Shown here: positions 51,376 through 64,000 of the stretch, in pieces
Numbering within the stretch: position 1 is the stretch's first letter
Layout: every line of letters starts with the position of its first letter
Origin: Octopus bimaculoides
Lineage: Eukaryota
Direction: 5' to 3'
Assembly: GCF_001194135.2 (NCBI RefSeq)
Contig: NC_068982.1
Coordinates: 116,238,210 to 116,302,209, forward strand
Length of the DNA stretch: 64,000 bases
Made by a program: the position numbers and the translations under genes
The notes under the pieces: model-generated
Seen by the model: only the letters and a program-made list of their open reading frames with translations
Databases searched by the model: none
Told to the model about the DNA's origin: nothing

Positions 51376-52169
51376 TATTATTAGTGATGAGGATGGAGGA
51401 GTCAAAAAAAGTGAAGGTACTTTAGCATAGCTAAAGTTCAGTGCTGTAATATTCTGAATTTGAAGTACACTGGATAAGGTCAGCTTAACTTCTCAATAAA
51501 TAAAAACCATTAGACAGGAGGATTCAGTCAAGTGCTTTCCCTTACAACCATTTGCCTGCTGCCTTCAGAAAGAAATTATTATTATTATTATTGTTGCCAT
51601 CTATTTTTATCTATAGCTGTGTAGGTGTGTCTTTGTTTTATGATTTATTGTATTGAGTGAAGCTGCTTTACCTTGGTAAGAAGTTAGTTGTTGTCGATAA
51701 ACCAGCTGCATTAAAGATGGTTAGCTACAGGTTGTACGTACCTTGTCAGATTGTCTTGCTGCCAACCTTTAAATATATTTCTTATATATACAATAAGGAA
51801 CTGGTGATGTGTGATTTTTAAAGGTAAGTTATTGCAGTTGATCTTCTTAACAATAAGTGATTTTTCTTTTAAAATTTGTAATCCTCTTATTCCTCTATAC
51901 ATTGAAAGCAAGATAATGTTCATGTTGTTAATGTATTGTTTACATGTTGTTGTTGTTCTGATGGACTATTGTTGGTGGATATGTATGTGTTTTTGATAGA
52001 GTATCCATATAATTAATAGCTTTTCAATCATGGTCACTCCTTCTTTTTTCTTGGCACAGTTCAATGTAAAAAGATAGTAAGGTGTGAATTGAAGTGGATT
52101 TGGCTGCTATTTCTTGCAAGTGAAGCGACAGCATTGAGACATTGTTTTGCTTGATGAAGGGAAAATGTT

Positions 52170-52512
52170 GTCATTCCGAAAGAACTCCTGCATGAGGAAT
52201 TGGCTACTGGCACAAGAGCACGAGGATGACCTCATCTTCGTTTCAAAGACGTCTGTAAGAGGGATATGAAGTCACTGGATCTGGACGTCCTGAGATGGGA
52301 GGAGGTTGCAAATTAGTGCCCACACTGAAGGCAAATACTGTGAAAGGGAATGGAGAGAGTGGAAGAAAAGCAGGAACTCGCCATCAAAGAAAAGTGCACT
52401 CAGCGGAAGGAAAAATCAGTAGCGCCACCAGAGAGCTCCTTCAAATGCAGTTGCTGTATGCATGACTTCCACTCCTGTGTGGGCCTGTACAGCCACAACA
52501 GATGTTGCACCA
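52170..52512 (+). mobile_element. RTE-clade LINE 3' end
   Basis: IPKELLHEELATGTRARG*PHLRFKDVCKRDMK..WEEVA..FKCSCCMHDFHSCVGLYSHNR (RTE C-terminal C2H2-like motif). Confidence 0.85.
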
Positions 52513-52599
52513 CCAGCTGTCTACTTAAAGTTATATATAGTTACGATACATCCACTCTTACAGTTTTCATCTCCAGTTTAGGACCCCCATCTTGTCCAG

Positions 52600-53140
52600 A
52601 ATAAATATTGATCTACTGGAAGCTGTCCAGTGTTATGTAACCAGACAAATACACTCTTGTGGTCAATTACCATATCTTGAACATGTTGCACACTAAAATA
52701 TCGACACATAGCAGCTGACCCACAATTTCCAACAATTTCGGCCTCCTTTTTGAATTCAGTACCTCTGCCACCCATGGATATGCTTATAAAATTGAAAAAT
52801 GGTGCAGCACCCATGTTTTTTGGAGACATCTTTTTATCTGCTCAGAATTATCAATGTATAGAATAAACTACCTGTGTCAATTGTTAGCAGTCAGAACACT
52901 GCATCATTCAAAAATTCTATGCTTCCTGAAATTCACCAACACTAATCCTCATGTCCGTGCAACCTTTCTTCTTCATGGTTCTTTTATTGTTCACTTTCCT
53001 GTCTTTTTGTATTTTGTGTCCTGTGCTTGTCCTTCTGTCATTGCTGTCTTCCTTTATTCCACATATGGCTGCTCCCTGTCCCTTCTTTTCATCTTTTTTG
53101 ACAATTTGTTGTGCATCTGAGCACTGTATACAATAAGCTC
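52600..53140 (+). mobile_element. CR1-group LINE 3' end, older copy of the 38505 family
   Basis: Nucleotide similarity to 38575-38820, including gcactgtatacaa near the 3' end. Confidence 0.7.
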
Positions 53141-53936
53141 ATTATTTTTATAGTATCAATACCAATCTCCCCTCTCTCATAAAGTATAGGCCAGTGCCAG
53201 TGTTAACTTTGTTTTTTTTTTGTTTTTTTTTGGTTGGAACTATTTTTTTAGTTCAGCAAACTAAAAGAAGCAGTTTGATGCCTTGCTTATTGAGACTACT
53301 TATAGCTGCAGTAGTTAGGCTGGAACTCATGGCATTGTGGTTAGTAGTCTACTACTTTGCCTCTACTATGTTAATTTTCATTCAATACACACTTTTTTTT
53401 TATACATAATATGCCTAAGAAACTATAGAAGTTTATCTTTGAATACAGTTCTGTATGCTAAACACTATGAGCAACACGTCTGTTAGCTTAATGTAACCTC
53501 CTTGTCTCGCTGCTTCACAGCAATGTTTGGACCAAGCATTCAGACTAAAGTTTATTCTCCTCTAATGACATTTGTAAAACTGTTCTGTCGTCTCATATAT
53601 CATCACACGTCTGAAGTTTCTTATGGTTTTCCAAGTTATTGCAGATGTTGTCTTAGTTAATCATGATCCACTGCTGTACCATATCTTATATTTCATATAA
53701 GCATCATACAGTTGAACAAGAATGAAGACCTTTATAAAGTTGCTCAACCTTCTAGATATAGCAGCTGAAATCTCAAATGATACTACTGTCTTTAAAAAAA
53801 AAAAAAAACATAGAAAAAGCAGGCAAATTGGATAATGTAGAACAAAATATATTGTGTGAAAAATAAAATGAGATGGCACATCTGGAATGCTTTTAGTCAT
53901 GGGTTACTTAATCATCTCAGGCCTTGGGCTAAGTAA

Positions 53937-53968
<32 letters not shown>

Positions 53969-54210
53969 ACATAGTCTTCCCATTTGCTTCACTGACATTC
54001 ATTACAAGTTCTCTGCTTTCCTAGACCAGTTTTCACTGGTGCAAATGTGTACCCATATGTATGTATTTGCACAGTTAGAGGTGTGTACATGAAGGCTGGT
54101 ATGAATAAACACAAACATTTTTGTATGGGTTGTACATGTTTGTCTTTATGGAGAGAGAGAGAGACAGACAGACACTGGCTCACATACCTGAAACGAAGTG
54201 GGTTGAGAAG

Positions 54211-54487
54211 CTTTGATTAACTGAGATTATCTATACAGCCTCTGTCTAATGTTGATTAAATTTTAAAACAAGCAAAAGGGATAACTCCAATAAAATCAGT
54301 TAATTGAAATTTTGGAAAATACAGAAAATGCAGCAAAATTGTTGAAAACAATTGACATGATTTTAGCCTTAGACCTCCCATTAATTGATTCTATTGCAGT
54401 TATCTCTTGTAGCTACTTTTAGATTTTAAGCATTCCTACAGGGAAATTTTATCTATTAATCGCATGGATAATCTCAGTTAATTGAAG
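54211..54487. mobile_element. MITE with ~23-bp TIRs (pogo/Tigger-like)
   Basis: ctttgattaactgagattatcta / tggataatctcagttaattgaag. Confidence 0.7.
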
Positions 54488-54852
54488 TTTTTCAAATTAT
54501 CATGTTAATTGTGTGAGACCCTATTGTATTTAGTATGCAGTACTTTCCCTTGGGCCATATTGTTTATGCATGTGTGTATGTATAGATACACATGTGTGTA
54601 AGTAGACACACATATACACACACACACAGATATATGAAAAAAAGGGGTATTCAGCCAAAGAAAGTTGTCTGTGTGGATAAGTTGTATCTGCTCATAGGGT
54701 ACATGCTCAGACATGGCAGTAGCTTCTTTTTTTTGTGTATTTAAAAGCATTCTGCTCACTTCACTTCCAGAGAATGTTAATCTCTGATGGACTTAGCACG
54801 TTATCTCATCAGAGAGAGCATGGTTGTTGCATTTCTCTAACACACACACACA

Positions 54853-54903
<51 letters not shown>

Positions 54904-55195
54904 CCTGTCAGCATAATTTAGTCATTTTAAACTGGGCAGGCTTAATTCTGTGAAACTCTCTCACCATGTATTTCTGTTTGTCGCTTTCTTTTCCTTCCCT
55001 GTCTTTCAGTTACTTCCTGATTGTCAATTTCCCTCTCTCTCTCAAATTGGCTTTCTATTAACTTCTTCCTTCTTTTACTTTTGAATAATCTTTCTTCTCC
55101 ATCCTCTCCTCACTGTCTCTCTCTCACATAGTCCCAACCCTCTCCTCTTCATCAGCATCTAATTATATTTCCTGTTTAGACCAGTTTAAATATTG

Positions 55196-55408
55196 GTTTC
55201 TAATTTTAGCACAAGGCCAGTAATTTCGGAGGAGGGGGCTAGTCAATTATCTCAACCCCCAGTGCTCAGCTGGTTCTTATTTTATTGACACCGAAAGGAT
55301 GAAAGGTAAAGTCAACCTCATTGAAATTTGAACTCAGAACATAAAGATGAACAAAATTTCATTAAACATTTTGCTCAATGTGTTAACAATTCTGCCAGCT
55401 TGCTGCTT
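55196..55408 (-). mobile_element. SINE family C with a 17-bp TSD
   Basis: TSD GACCAGTTTAAATATTG at 55179-55195; the right copy (from 55409) is split by a MITE. Confidence 0.85.
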
Positions 55409-55419
55409 GACCAGTTTAA

Positions 55420-55630
55420 CCTTTTTCTTACCAACCCTGCTGAAATTGGCTCTGGCTTTGTAATACAAATGTTTTGTTTTCATAAGTTTTGAATCAAAAT
55501 TTTCCACCAAACCTTAGTCACAATTTATATTCCTAACACTAGCTTAATGATAACTAAGTTATTTTACTAAATTCTTAGAATAATTGAAAGAAACATAGAG
55601 CATCTCAAAATGAATACGGTAACGGAAGGG
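55420..55630. mobile_element. TTAA-targeting (piggyBac-like) MITE
   Basis: TTAA at 55416-19 and 55631-34; TIRs cctttttcttacc / ggtaacggaaggg; inserted at the TTAA of the SINE's right TSD. Confidence 0.85.
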
Positions 55631-56172
55631 TTAAATATTGACCAAGCGATGATACTGACCAACAATAGCTTTCAACAAGGTCAGGATATATCTACACTCT
55701 CAATCATTGCTCATCCAGTTATCAAGAACTGGATATTTATCACCATGGTGATAAATAAATCAGGACATTAACTAAATAAGACATGGGTTCAATTCTTACT
55801 CTGCACTAGAAAACAGAATGCCAATTATTGGCTCATTATTCTCATCAATTGCTTTTCATAAAATTTATCTCATTCAACTTTCTATTTTGTTCATTATCAT
55901 CCTTTATGTCTTTTGTGGTGAGGTTTCGTAGAATCTAGTCTGTTTACTCTTGCATCCACTAATTGTTACTTGTCTTCTGTACATGTCCAGCCCAGTACCA
56001 TTTGTAGGAATGTCATTTAGTCTTGTTTGTTCTCTGATCCATTTCATTTGTTTTAAGGTCCTCCTCTGATTTTTGAACCGTGTTCTGTTATCAATTGAAC
56101 AGAATAAATTTATATTTTGACTAAACATTTTGGGTACTTTATTGAATTAGTTTTTGTTGTCTTTCACATATG

Positions 56173-56219
<47 letters not shown>

Positions 56220-56239
56220 CCTAGTCACTTTGGACCCTC

Positions 56240-56520
56240 CTGTAGATTTCTAATTCCTATTATTATAGAATTGCATTGTAGAATTCTAAATTCTAGTATT
56301 GATATATTGTAAATACTGTTATTGTAGAATTCTTAATTCTGTTTTGTAAAATTCTTTATTTCTTTTATTGTGGACTTCAAAATTCTGTTGTCAAATTTTT
56401 AAATCTGTTATGGTAGAATTATGAATTCAATTATTGTAAAATTCTAAATTCGATTATAGAATTCTTAAACCTGTTATTGTTGAATTTTTAATTCCATTTT
56501 TGTAGAATTCTAAACTCTCC
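56240..56520. repeat. Degenerate ~22-25-bp minisatellite (tgttattgtagaattctaaattc-like)
   Basis: About 10 diverged units seen by eye. Confidence 0.7.
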
Positions 56521-57179
56521 AATTTTAGTTTGATATTAATATTGTTTTATTGACTTTATTTTACTTTTTTGTTCTTTCTGTTTTATCATCACTATTGTCA
56601 TTTCTTTTGTCATCATTGCTGTTTTTAAAATTTATTTTGTCATTGCGATTATTAGAAATATTCTCTGCTTCATCCCACATAAACATCACATAAAGAACAC
56701 ATTGGTTTTATGGAGTTAAGCAAATGAGAGAGAAATCTCTTGGCTATGGAACCTATTTATCACAGCTAAAGCTGGTATTTATTCTTCAAGATACATGAGC
56801 TTAAAGCATATAGATTCCAATGCACTGCTCTTATACACAGTGGACCACTTGCCATGCACTTTATCTTGAAGTCTGAGCAATTAATCCAATGCAATTATTT
56901 CATTTTATATGATTCTATAGAACCACTTCACCATAGACATCTGGTAGTTTTGACACAATTTCCTGAATATATAATTATCACCTATGTTTAAGTATTCAAT
57001 TTTAATTAAGTTTGGATTACTAGAAATATTGTGAAAACCTTTATCACTGTCCTCACCTATTCTCTATAATTATCTGCTTCATTAATATATGCCTCCTAAG
57101 TCTAGAAACTATACATGTCTTAATAATTTTTGAGCAACATTTGGGTTTATCTGGACTGCCCTGGGCTGTTGGATTATCT

Positions 57180-57607
57180 TTTATCTTTATCTTTTTCTTG
57201 TTTCAGTCATTTGACTGTGGCCATGCTGGGACAGCACATTGAAGGGATTTAGTCAAACAAATTAACCCCATGACTTATTTATTTTTCTTTTTGTAAACCT
57301 AGTACTTATTCTATTGGTCTCTTTTGCTGAACTACTAAGTTACAGGGACATAAACACACCAACACAGGTTGCCAAGCAGTGGTGTGGGATAAACATAGAC
57401 ATAAAGACACACACACACACACACGCATAAATAATTATATATATATATATATATAATGTAGCTACACACACATATATACAACATGCTTTTTCAGTTCTGT
57501 CTGGAGGCTATACGAGAAGACACTTGCTCAAGGTGCCATGCATTAGGAATCCACCTGAAATCATGTGGTTGGGAAGCAAGCTTCCTACTACACAACCACA
57601 CTTGCAC
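57180..57607 (-). mobile_element. SINE family B, CpG-decayed
   Basis: Reverse homologue of 19419-19852; another decayed + copy at ~57715-58070. Confidence 0.8.
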
Positions 57608-59974
57608 TTATGCCATGTCTGTTGAAAAAATATATAAAACTTATTAATTAGTAAGCTTTTTAAGAATGGCACACAACTAATCTACTTATTTCTTTAAAAC
57701 TGGCATTAAGGAATTTCCTTTGTAACAACATGGTTTCGGGTTCAATATCACTGCACAGCATCTTAAATATCTTCTGATATAGCCTCAGACTGATCAATGC
57801 CTTGCAAGTGGATTAAGTAGACAGAAATTGTAGAAACCTGTTGTGTGCATGTGTGTGAGTATGCATTTGTCTTTTTTCTGTGTTTGTATCTCACCACTTG
57901 ACAACCAGAGTTGGTTTGTTTATGTATCCTGCACATAGTGGTTCATCAAAAAAAATTCTGACAATAGCTATCAGGCTTGAAAATAAATCCTTGAATCAAT
58001 TTGATCAACTAAACACTTCAATGTAGTGACCCAGCAAAGTTGCAGACCAATAACTAAAACCAGTAAAAGAAAATACTTCATGAAAGCCATCATCTTTGAC
58101 TGGCTGACTGAATCACATATAATTTGGTTCTTTGTTTATGGTTTTTGATTCCATGCAACAGTTGAGAAAATTTTGGTCTTGTCTCTGATCCTCAGCCTAT
58201 CAATAGATTATTCAGTCTCTCCTTCTTTTGTATTCACTCAGCTTAATGATCTTTCTTTATCTGATCATAATTCCCGTCAACATTTGAGGTTGATAATAAT
58301 AATTATAACTGAGGCAAGTTAAAGTCCCTAAGGACTGTTATTTATTTCAGTTGATATTGTAATCAACAGATCACTCACACACATGTACTACAGTGAAATA
58401 TCTCGGATATCAGATATTTCATTCAGTTCATGAGTACCTAAAATAACACACCTCATCATGTGTTCTACTGGTTAAGATTGTTTTTCCCAACAAGCGACAG
58501 TATTAACTTAAATGTATTTTTTAAAGAAGTTACAGCTTACTGCTGCTACTACTGGTGATGATGATGATGATAATGATGTTGTTGTCATTGTCAGACTACA
58601 CCAATTTTTATCTTATGAATGTAAATTGAGCCTTCATTCTTTCAAAAGTTTCCTTCTGCTTTAAACATCAGTTTTAATGTGTATCAAGTATCACTTTCCA
58701 ACTTTCTTCCTTCATTTGAGGTCATCAATCTCTGACTCATTTATTTAAAGAGCATTTTGCATGTTTGTCCTTGGAATTAGTATCTTCTCACTGTACCATA
58801 ATGTTGTTTTAAAAGTATATGAAGTTAACCTATGGACTGGAAAGAAAATTTTAATCAGGGTTGGGTGGGATTAATACCATCTAGTTTTGAACCTAGTTGG
58901 GATCATCTTCAGAAGTCATGCACCTGCCTATTCAACCCATGGAGAGACATGTGGAGCTTTATAGCTATTTATAGCCACTAAATCAGTTGGTCTGATTTGC
59001 ATAAATAATAGTTGGCTGACCATTTATTCACTTAATCATATTTGCAATAAATAGCATATTATTATTGACTTTTCTAGGTTTGGCACAGTTTCTCTAATCT
59101 CAAAATTACTTTCTACTGGTACTTCTCGTAATTTAGCATCACTCACTTGATGCAGTGAGTATTAAGCATCTAATTAGAAAATATTAATGCTATAAGGAAA
59201 AGATAGTGTAAGCTCAATGACTAATATTATTTTAATCATTTTGGCAGGTATGAGAGATGAATCTTGATATGTTTCAATCTTATTGTACCTCCTTGGTGAA
59301 GCCTAGACTTCATTATACTACCAAAGAGGTGATGAGAGAATAATATAGAAGTATGTTCACTGTCTATAGTGCTCGGGTGCACTACAACTTGTTAGAAAAG
59401 AGTAAAAGAGAGGACAGAGAGCAGCAATAATTCAAGTAAAGAAATACAACAATGAAAGTCAAAAGTGTATGCACAGCACACAAAAAGATTGAAAAGTGAA
59501 CTGTAAAAGAGCCTTGAAGAAGAATGAGTGCATAGGCATGTCAGAAGCATTGTGGATCAATATCTAGTTGTTTGTTGCTTCTAACTTACAATTTGAAGGT
59601 AATCTAGTAATCAGCTGTTGACTTGAAAGGAAAGACGAACAGATTTACATAGACTGCTTTTGGTTCTTCACTTGTGCTGTTTAGATTCAGATTATCCTTG
59701 ATCCAGCAGATCTGTGTTCAAAGCTGTTGTAGCCATTACCATACTGACTTTTATCCAGACATAGTATTATCAAGTTTTATGTTGTCCAGTGTGTCTTTTC
59801 TGTTTTTCAAGATTGCAGTGTGATTTGAGAAAAAATTGGCTGCTATTTCTAAAAGGCCAATCAACCACATAGAGGTTGCTCATTGGCATGAGTTTCTTCA
59901 ATTTGTTTGAATATGTAATTGTTATGTCTTGCTTAAGAAGACCCATCAAGCCAAGCAAAATCATAGTTATGACA

Positions 59975-60160
59975 AATGGCACCTGTGCCGGTGGCACATA
60001 AAAGCACCCATTATATTCTTGGAGTGGTTGGCGTTAGGAAGGGCATCTAGCCATAGAAACCATGCTAAATCAGACTGGGCCTGGTGCAGCTTGCCAGTCT
60101 CAGTCAAACCTTCTAACCCATGCCAGCATGGACAACAGACATTAAATGATGATGATGATG
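59975..60160 (+). mobile_element. SINE family D 3' part
   Basis: ggtggcacataaaagcacccattat..ggcgttaggaagggcatc..(GAT)n. Confidence 0.78.
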
Positions 60161-63100
60161 ACTAATTGTTAAGTAAAAGAAATTATCATTATATAGGGAT
60201 GAACTACCATAGAGTATATTGTTTATATTATATTTATGTTAAAAAAAAACATCATTTGTTATTAATGACATTCATAAAACTATGACCATCACTACTTAAA
60301 TTCTCTTGTCCTAAATACTGCAAATTTTGTAACAATGAAAAAGCAAGTTATTCAGATACTATACAACAAATATTATACAATAATTCTTTACACCACCACT
60401 CTCTAGGTACTACGTTCAAATTTTTTTGTACATATATGTAAAAGAAAACTGATACATGTACATATATAAGTATGTACATATATAGGTACATACACAAGTA
60501 TATAAGTATGTACATATATAGGTACGTACACAAGTATATGTATATGCATAAAAGTACATGTATTAGTTTTTTTTTATATTTTCCACATACTGCTAGAAGT
60601 GGTTTAGGCTAGTACACTACATCAAAGTAATACAACGTGACATATCCATTTAAAAGGTATGAAATTATAGGTTTGAAAATAATTCAAGCATTGAAAATTA
60701 GTGTTAATGCAAAAAAAAAGTTTACAAATGTGTTTGTAAAGACAACTGAGCAGTTCATGTTTTATAGAAAATACATGGTGTTTTTGAATTAAAGTTTTTC
60801 TGTGTCATATTGGTTAGAGTAGATAATGTCCCTATGGTGATGAAGGAAACAAGATAAACTGGGTTTTTAATGGAAAACTGGTACAAAAAGAGATACTGTG
60901 AATTGGTTTTTTATTCAGCTTAACTCTTTTGGTACAATATATCTGATTTTATACAATCTGTTTCAATTAATTTTGAAGTTGGTATTTGGAACACACATTA
61001 ACATGAAATTTTAGTGGAAAGTTTTAAATAAAGAAAATTTTGCGCATAAAACCAGGTGCAGTCGTAGGTGGGTTAATATTAAAGGGGTTAACCCTTTAGC
61101 ATTCAGATTACTCTGTTAAATGTAATGCTTATTCATTCACATTGCTTTGAATTAATTTTGTAGCTTCAAGATTTTGATGATGTGATTGTTTATTTTTAGA
61201 ATGACCTTATAGGGTAGGTGTGAAAGGCCAGATATGGCTGGTTTGAACATTTGGGCTAGATATGGCTAGTTTGAATATTTGGGCTGGGTATGGTTGGTTT
61301 TCAGATTAACTGAAAAGTAAGTTCCATATAAAGATGTATGGTATATAACAGCTGTTGAAGTTGCAATGGCTTGTGGGCATAAGGCTATCTGTTTGTATGG
61401 TACTAATTATTTGACTGTAGCTGTGTGCATTTTAAACTGGCATTGGAGTGTGTCACTTGTAACAAGAGGTATGACGCTGCTGCTAAATAAACCTTGGACA
61501 ACCCACTCTGTTGAAACATGATTGGTTACTAAAATCAGTTAATAGAGGAAGATTAAGCAGTATGATAATCTCTCAAATGATGTGTAACTTATATTAATTG
61601 CTGAAACTGCAGTAGACTGTTGCTGTAAAACCACTGTCTCTGACCAAAAGGTTGTGCGTGTGACGTGGAATGTATAGCTTATAATAGCTGCTTAAGTTGA
61701 AATGATTTATATCTGTAAAGGAAGGGAGCATACTGTGCTTTGTCAAGGTGAGTCACATTGTTGTTCATTTGAGCAAGACCTTCCTTTCTGCTGAATCAAG
61801 AAAAAAGCTTTGAGCATTCTTTTTTTATAATAGCATATCAAAAGTAATCACAAATTGTACAAGCAATTTTCAAAGGAATGTTGTATTTTGTTCTCACTAC
61901 ATGGGAAACAGTTTCCAATGGAATGTATTCTGTGTCTTAATTTGCAGCTGTTTGCCAAATAGAACCTTCTTCTTGTAAATATGATTTATAATAATGGGGG
62001 AAAGTTGAAAGTCACAGTTTTGTCTGAATTGTTCGTCTCTCTTAGGTTTCAAATATAATGTAAAAAGAGTTTTTTTTTTTTTTTTGTATAAATACAGTGA
62101 TGTAGTGAGCTTGTGGTAACTGTTTCAGCAGTTCAATTTTCATTAGGTTCAACTTTAACTTTCTGTAGCTCATGTCTTTGGGTCAAGAAATGACAAAGAC
62201 TGGGTGTCTTGGCATCTGGAATGTTGCTAAACGTTCACCATTTTTTATTAGAAGGGTAATATAGAGTTGATAGAAGTTCCATGTTAGTAATATATAGTGG
62301 AATAGTGGTGGGAAAAAGTGACACCATTGAAAAGTACAAACTGGTTGGCCTGTTCTTGAGGATTTTCAGACCAGGAACTACTATGGATAACTTCCAGAAA
62401 TCCTTACCCTGGCAGTGCTACTGAGGGACATTGTCAGTTTGCGACAAACTCTACAGACACATAAGTGCTATCAGATAGGACTGTCCAAGACATACAGAAT
62501 GACTCGTTTAATATTTGAACATTTCTGGCTTGTAAAGTTATGTTAAACTGTTGTTTTTGCATGGATTGTAGGTCTTGCAATCAACTTAGTCCATTGAGGA
62601 GATTGTTAAACTGCCCTCCTTTAATCAGGCATGCAAGCAGCTTTCCACTCTCTGGTGGCTATGATGAAAGAGGTTGAGGTGGACAAGGTTAAGAGGATTA
62701 AGGACAAACTCTTCCCTCTTTAGTCAAGGTCTCATTGGCTCTTTACAAGCTCTACCTGGAAAGGAAGGTGAGTATGGAGAGAGAGAGAGTTGCTCTCCTC
62801 TCATGAATTTGTCAAAAGGTGGTGACTGTGGCAAAAATAACCAGTAATCAAAAATGCCTATTTAAGCAATATACCTGTCAGACAATGACAGTTGGCAGAT
62901 GGCATTTGCCTTTGGTGGTCAGTCTTGAGTCTGTGGGGTTCCCTGATTAGCCCTAGTTGAAAACCCATAAGTATCAGGAAGAAGGTATGATCCTTGAAGC
63001 CATGTCATCATGATGATGATTTGAATATTATTTATACTTTTTATTCCCTTTTCTTCCCATCTCGTCTGGTTTCATGTAAACCTCCTATACTATATATAAC

Positions 63101-63406
63101 CTGTTTTGTACTGTTCTCTTGTGGCAAAAAAATTACCATCATCATCATCACCATCATTATTAAGTGAAAATGATGGCACTATTGGTTGAGCTTCAAACCA
63201 AATCCTTGAAATATGTAGTTATTTATGTCTTTTCACATTTTGAGTTGATTTGCGAAAATCAAAGTAGGCAGTAAGGAGCTATTTTGTTGACAGTAGTCCT
63301 CTATGCAATTTGTGGTCTTTTGTCTAATTAGAAACCCTTGTTGTTATACTCAAAATGTCTTGTTCTTTCATTTTTAATACATATTTTCTATTTAATTATT
63401 TTGCAG

Positions 63407-63586
63407 ATTTATTTTACTCATTATTTCCCGATTTCAAAATGAGTGGCGGACAACCAAAGTCTTTGAGTTATGGAAATTCCCCTAACATTCCAATCTTTGA
63501 AATTGGAGGAAATGAAAATGAATTCGGAGTGGTCCAGTCTCCACATAGTGACAGTTATATCCATTCACATCTTCGAGACAGACAAG
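63407..63586 (+). CDS. Coding exon of an unidentified host gene: (D)LFYSLFPDFKMSGGQPKSLSYGNSPNIPIFEIGGNENEFGVVQSPHSDSYIHSHLRDRQ
   Basis: AT-rich acceptor tattttgcAG, donor AAG|GTGAGA, open frame, internal ATG in aaaATG context at 63439, CpGs retained in an otherwise CpG-poor region, non-repetitive protein-like composition. Confidence 0.72.
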
Positions 63587-64000
63587 GTGAGATGATACTT
63601 TTGACAATGTTCACATCAGCTGATACTGCTGTGTATGCTTTCACAAACTTAACCTATTACTTGGTTTAGCTATCCATCTGGCTGTTGGTTACCATTAGCA
63701 GATCCCACTTTGCTGCAAGTATTTGTTGCTAGGTCCCAAGTCTGAGAGAAAGATTGTCTGCTTGGTCATGGAACATGCATAATATAACAATACTGATGAA
63801 CTTTTTCTAGTCCAGTGTGTTGAAATTTTAATTTTTTTAACTTTCTTTCTTTGGAGTGTCACATATATTCATGTATTTTAGTTTTAAGTAAATACTTAAA
63901 GATATGCAGAGTAGTGTTTCTTCAAAGTCCATCATGTATCACCTAAAATTCTGCAGTGTGATTGATATTTTATAAACAGAACTGTGTAGAAGTCCATAAT

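Noticed and set aside
62300-63000. Moderately GC-rich intronic stretch as additional exons
   Set aside because: Stops in the frames I read and faint resemblance to decayed RTE sequence; cannot support a call.

Overview
AT-rich, repeat-dominated animal genomic DNA from a gapped scaffold (12 N-gaps, most abutting microsatellites). The dense (TA)/(TG)/(GA)/(ATT)/(TACA) microsatellites and four recurrent SINE families are most consistent with an octopus (coleoid cephalopod) genome; this is an inference and was not checked against a database. Nearly all recognisable coding sequence is decayed transposon: R4/Dong-type RLE retrotransposons (3 pieces), two Penelope-like elements, RTE and CR1 LINE fragments, a deleted mariner, a hAT transposase remnant, several MITEs and two solo LTRs with exact 5-bp TSDs. 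One host gene is plausible on the + strand: a promoter-like patch at ~42.1-42.3 kb, a candidate first coding exon at 43458-43497, a ~20 kb intron and a well-supported exon at 63407-63586 (product not recognised). Repeats right of ~46 kb show strong CpG decay, consistent with gene-body methylation. The most notable non-coding structures are hammerhead-ribozyme-like motifs, including a back-to-back pair inside a 129-bp-arm palindrome at 25510-25780. I found no clearly novel multi-gene system. SINE families A-D are my own labels.
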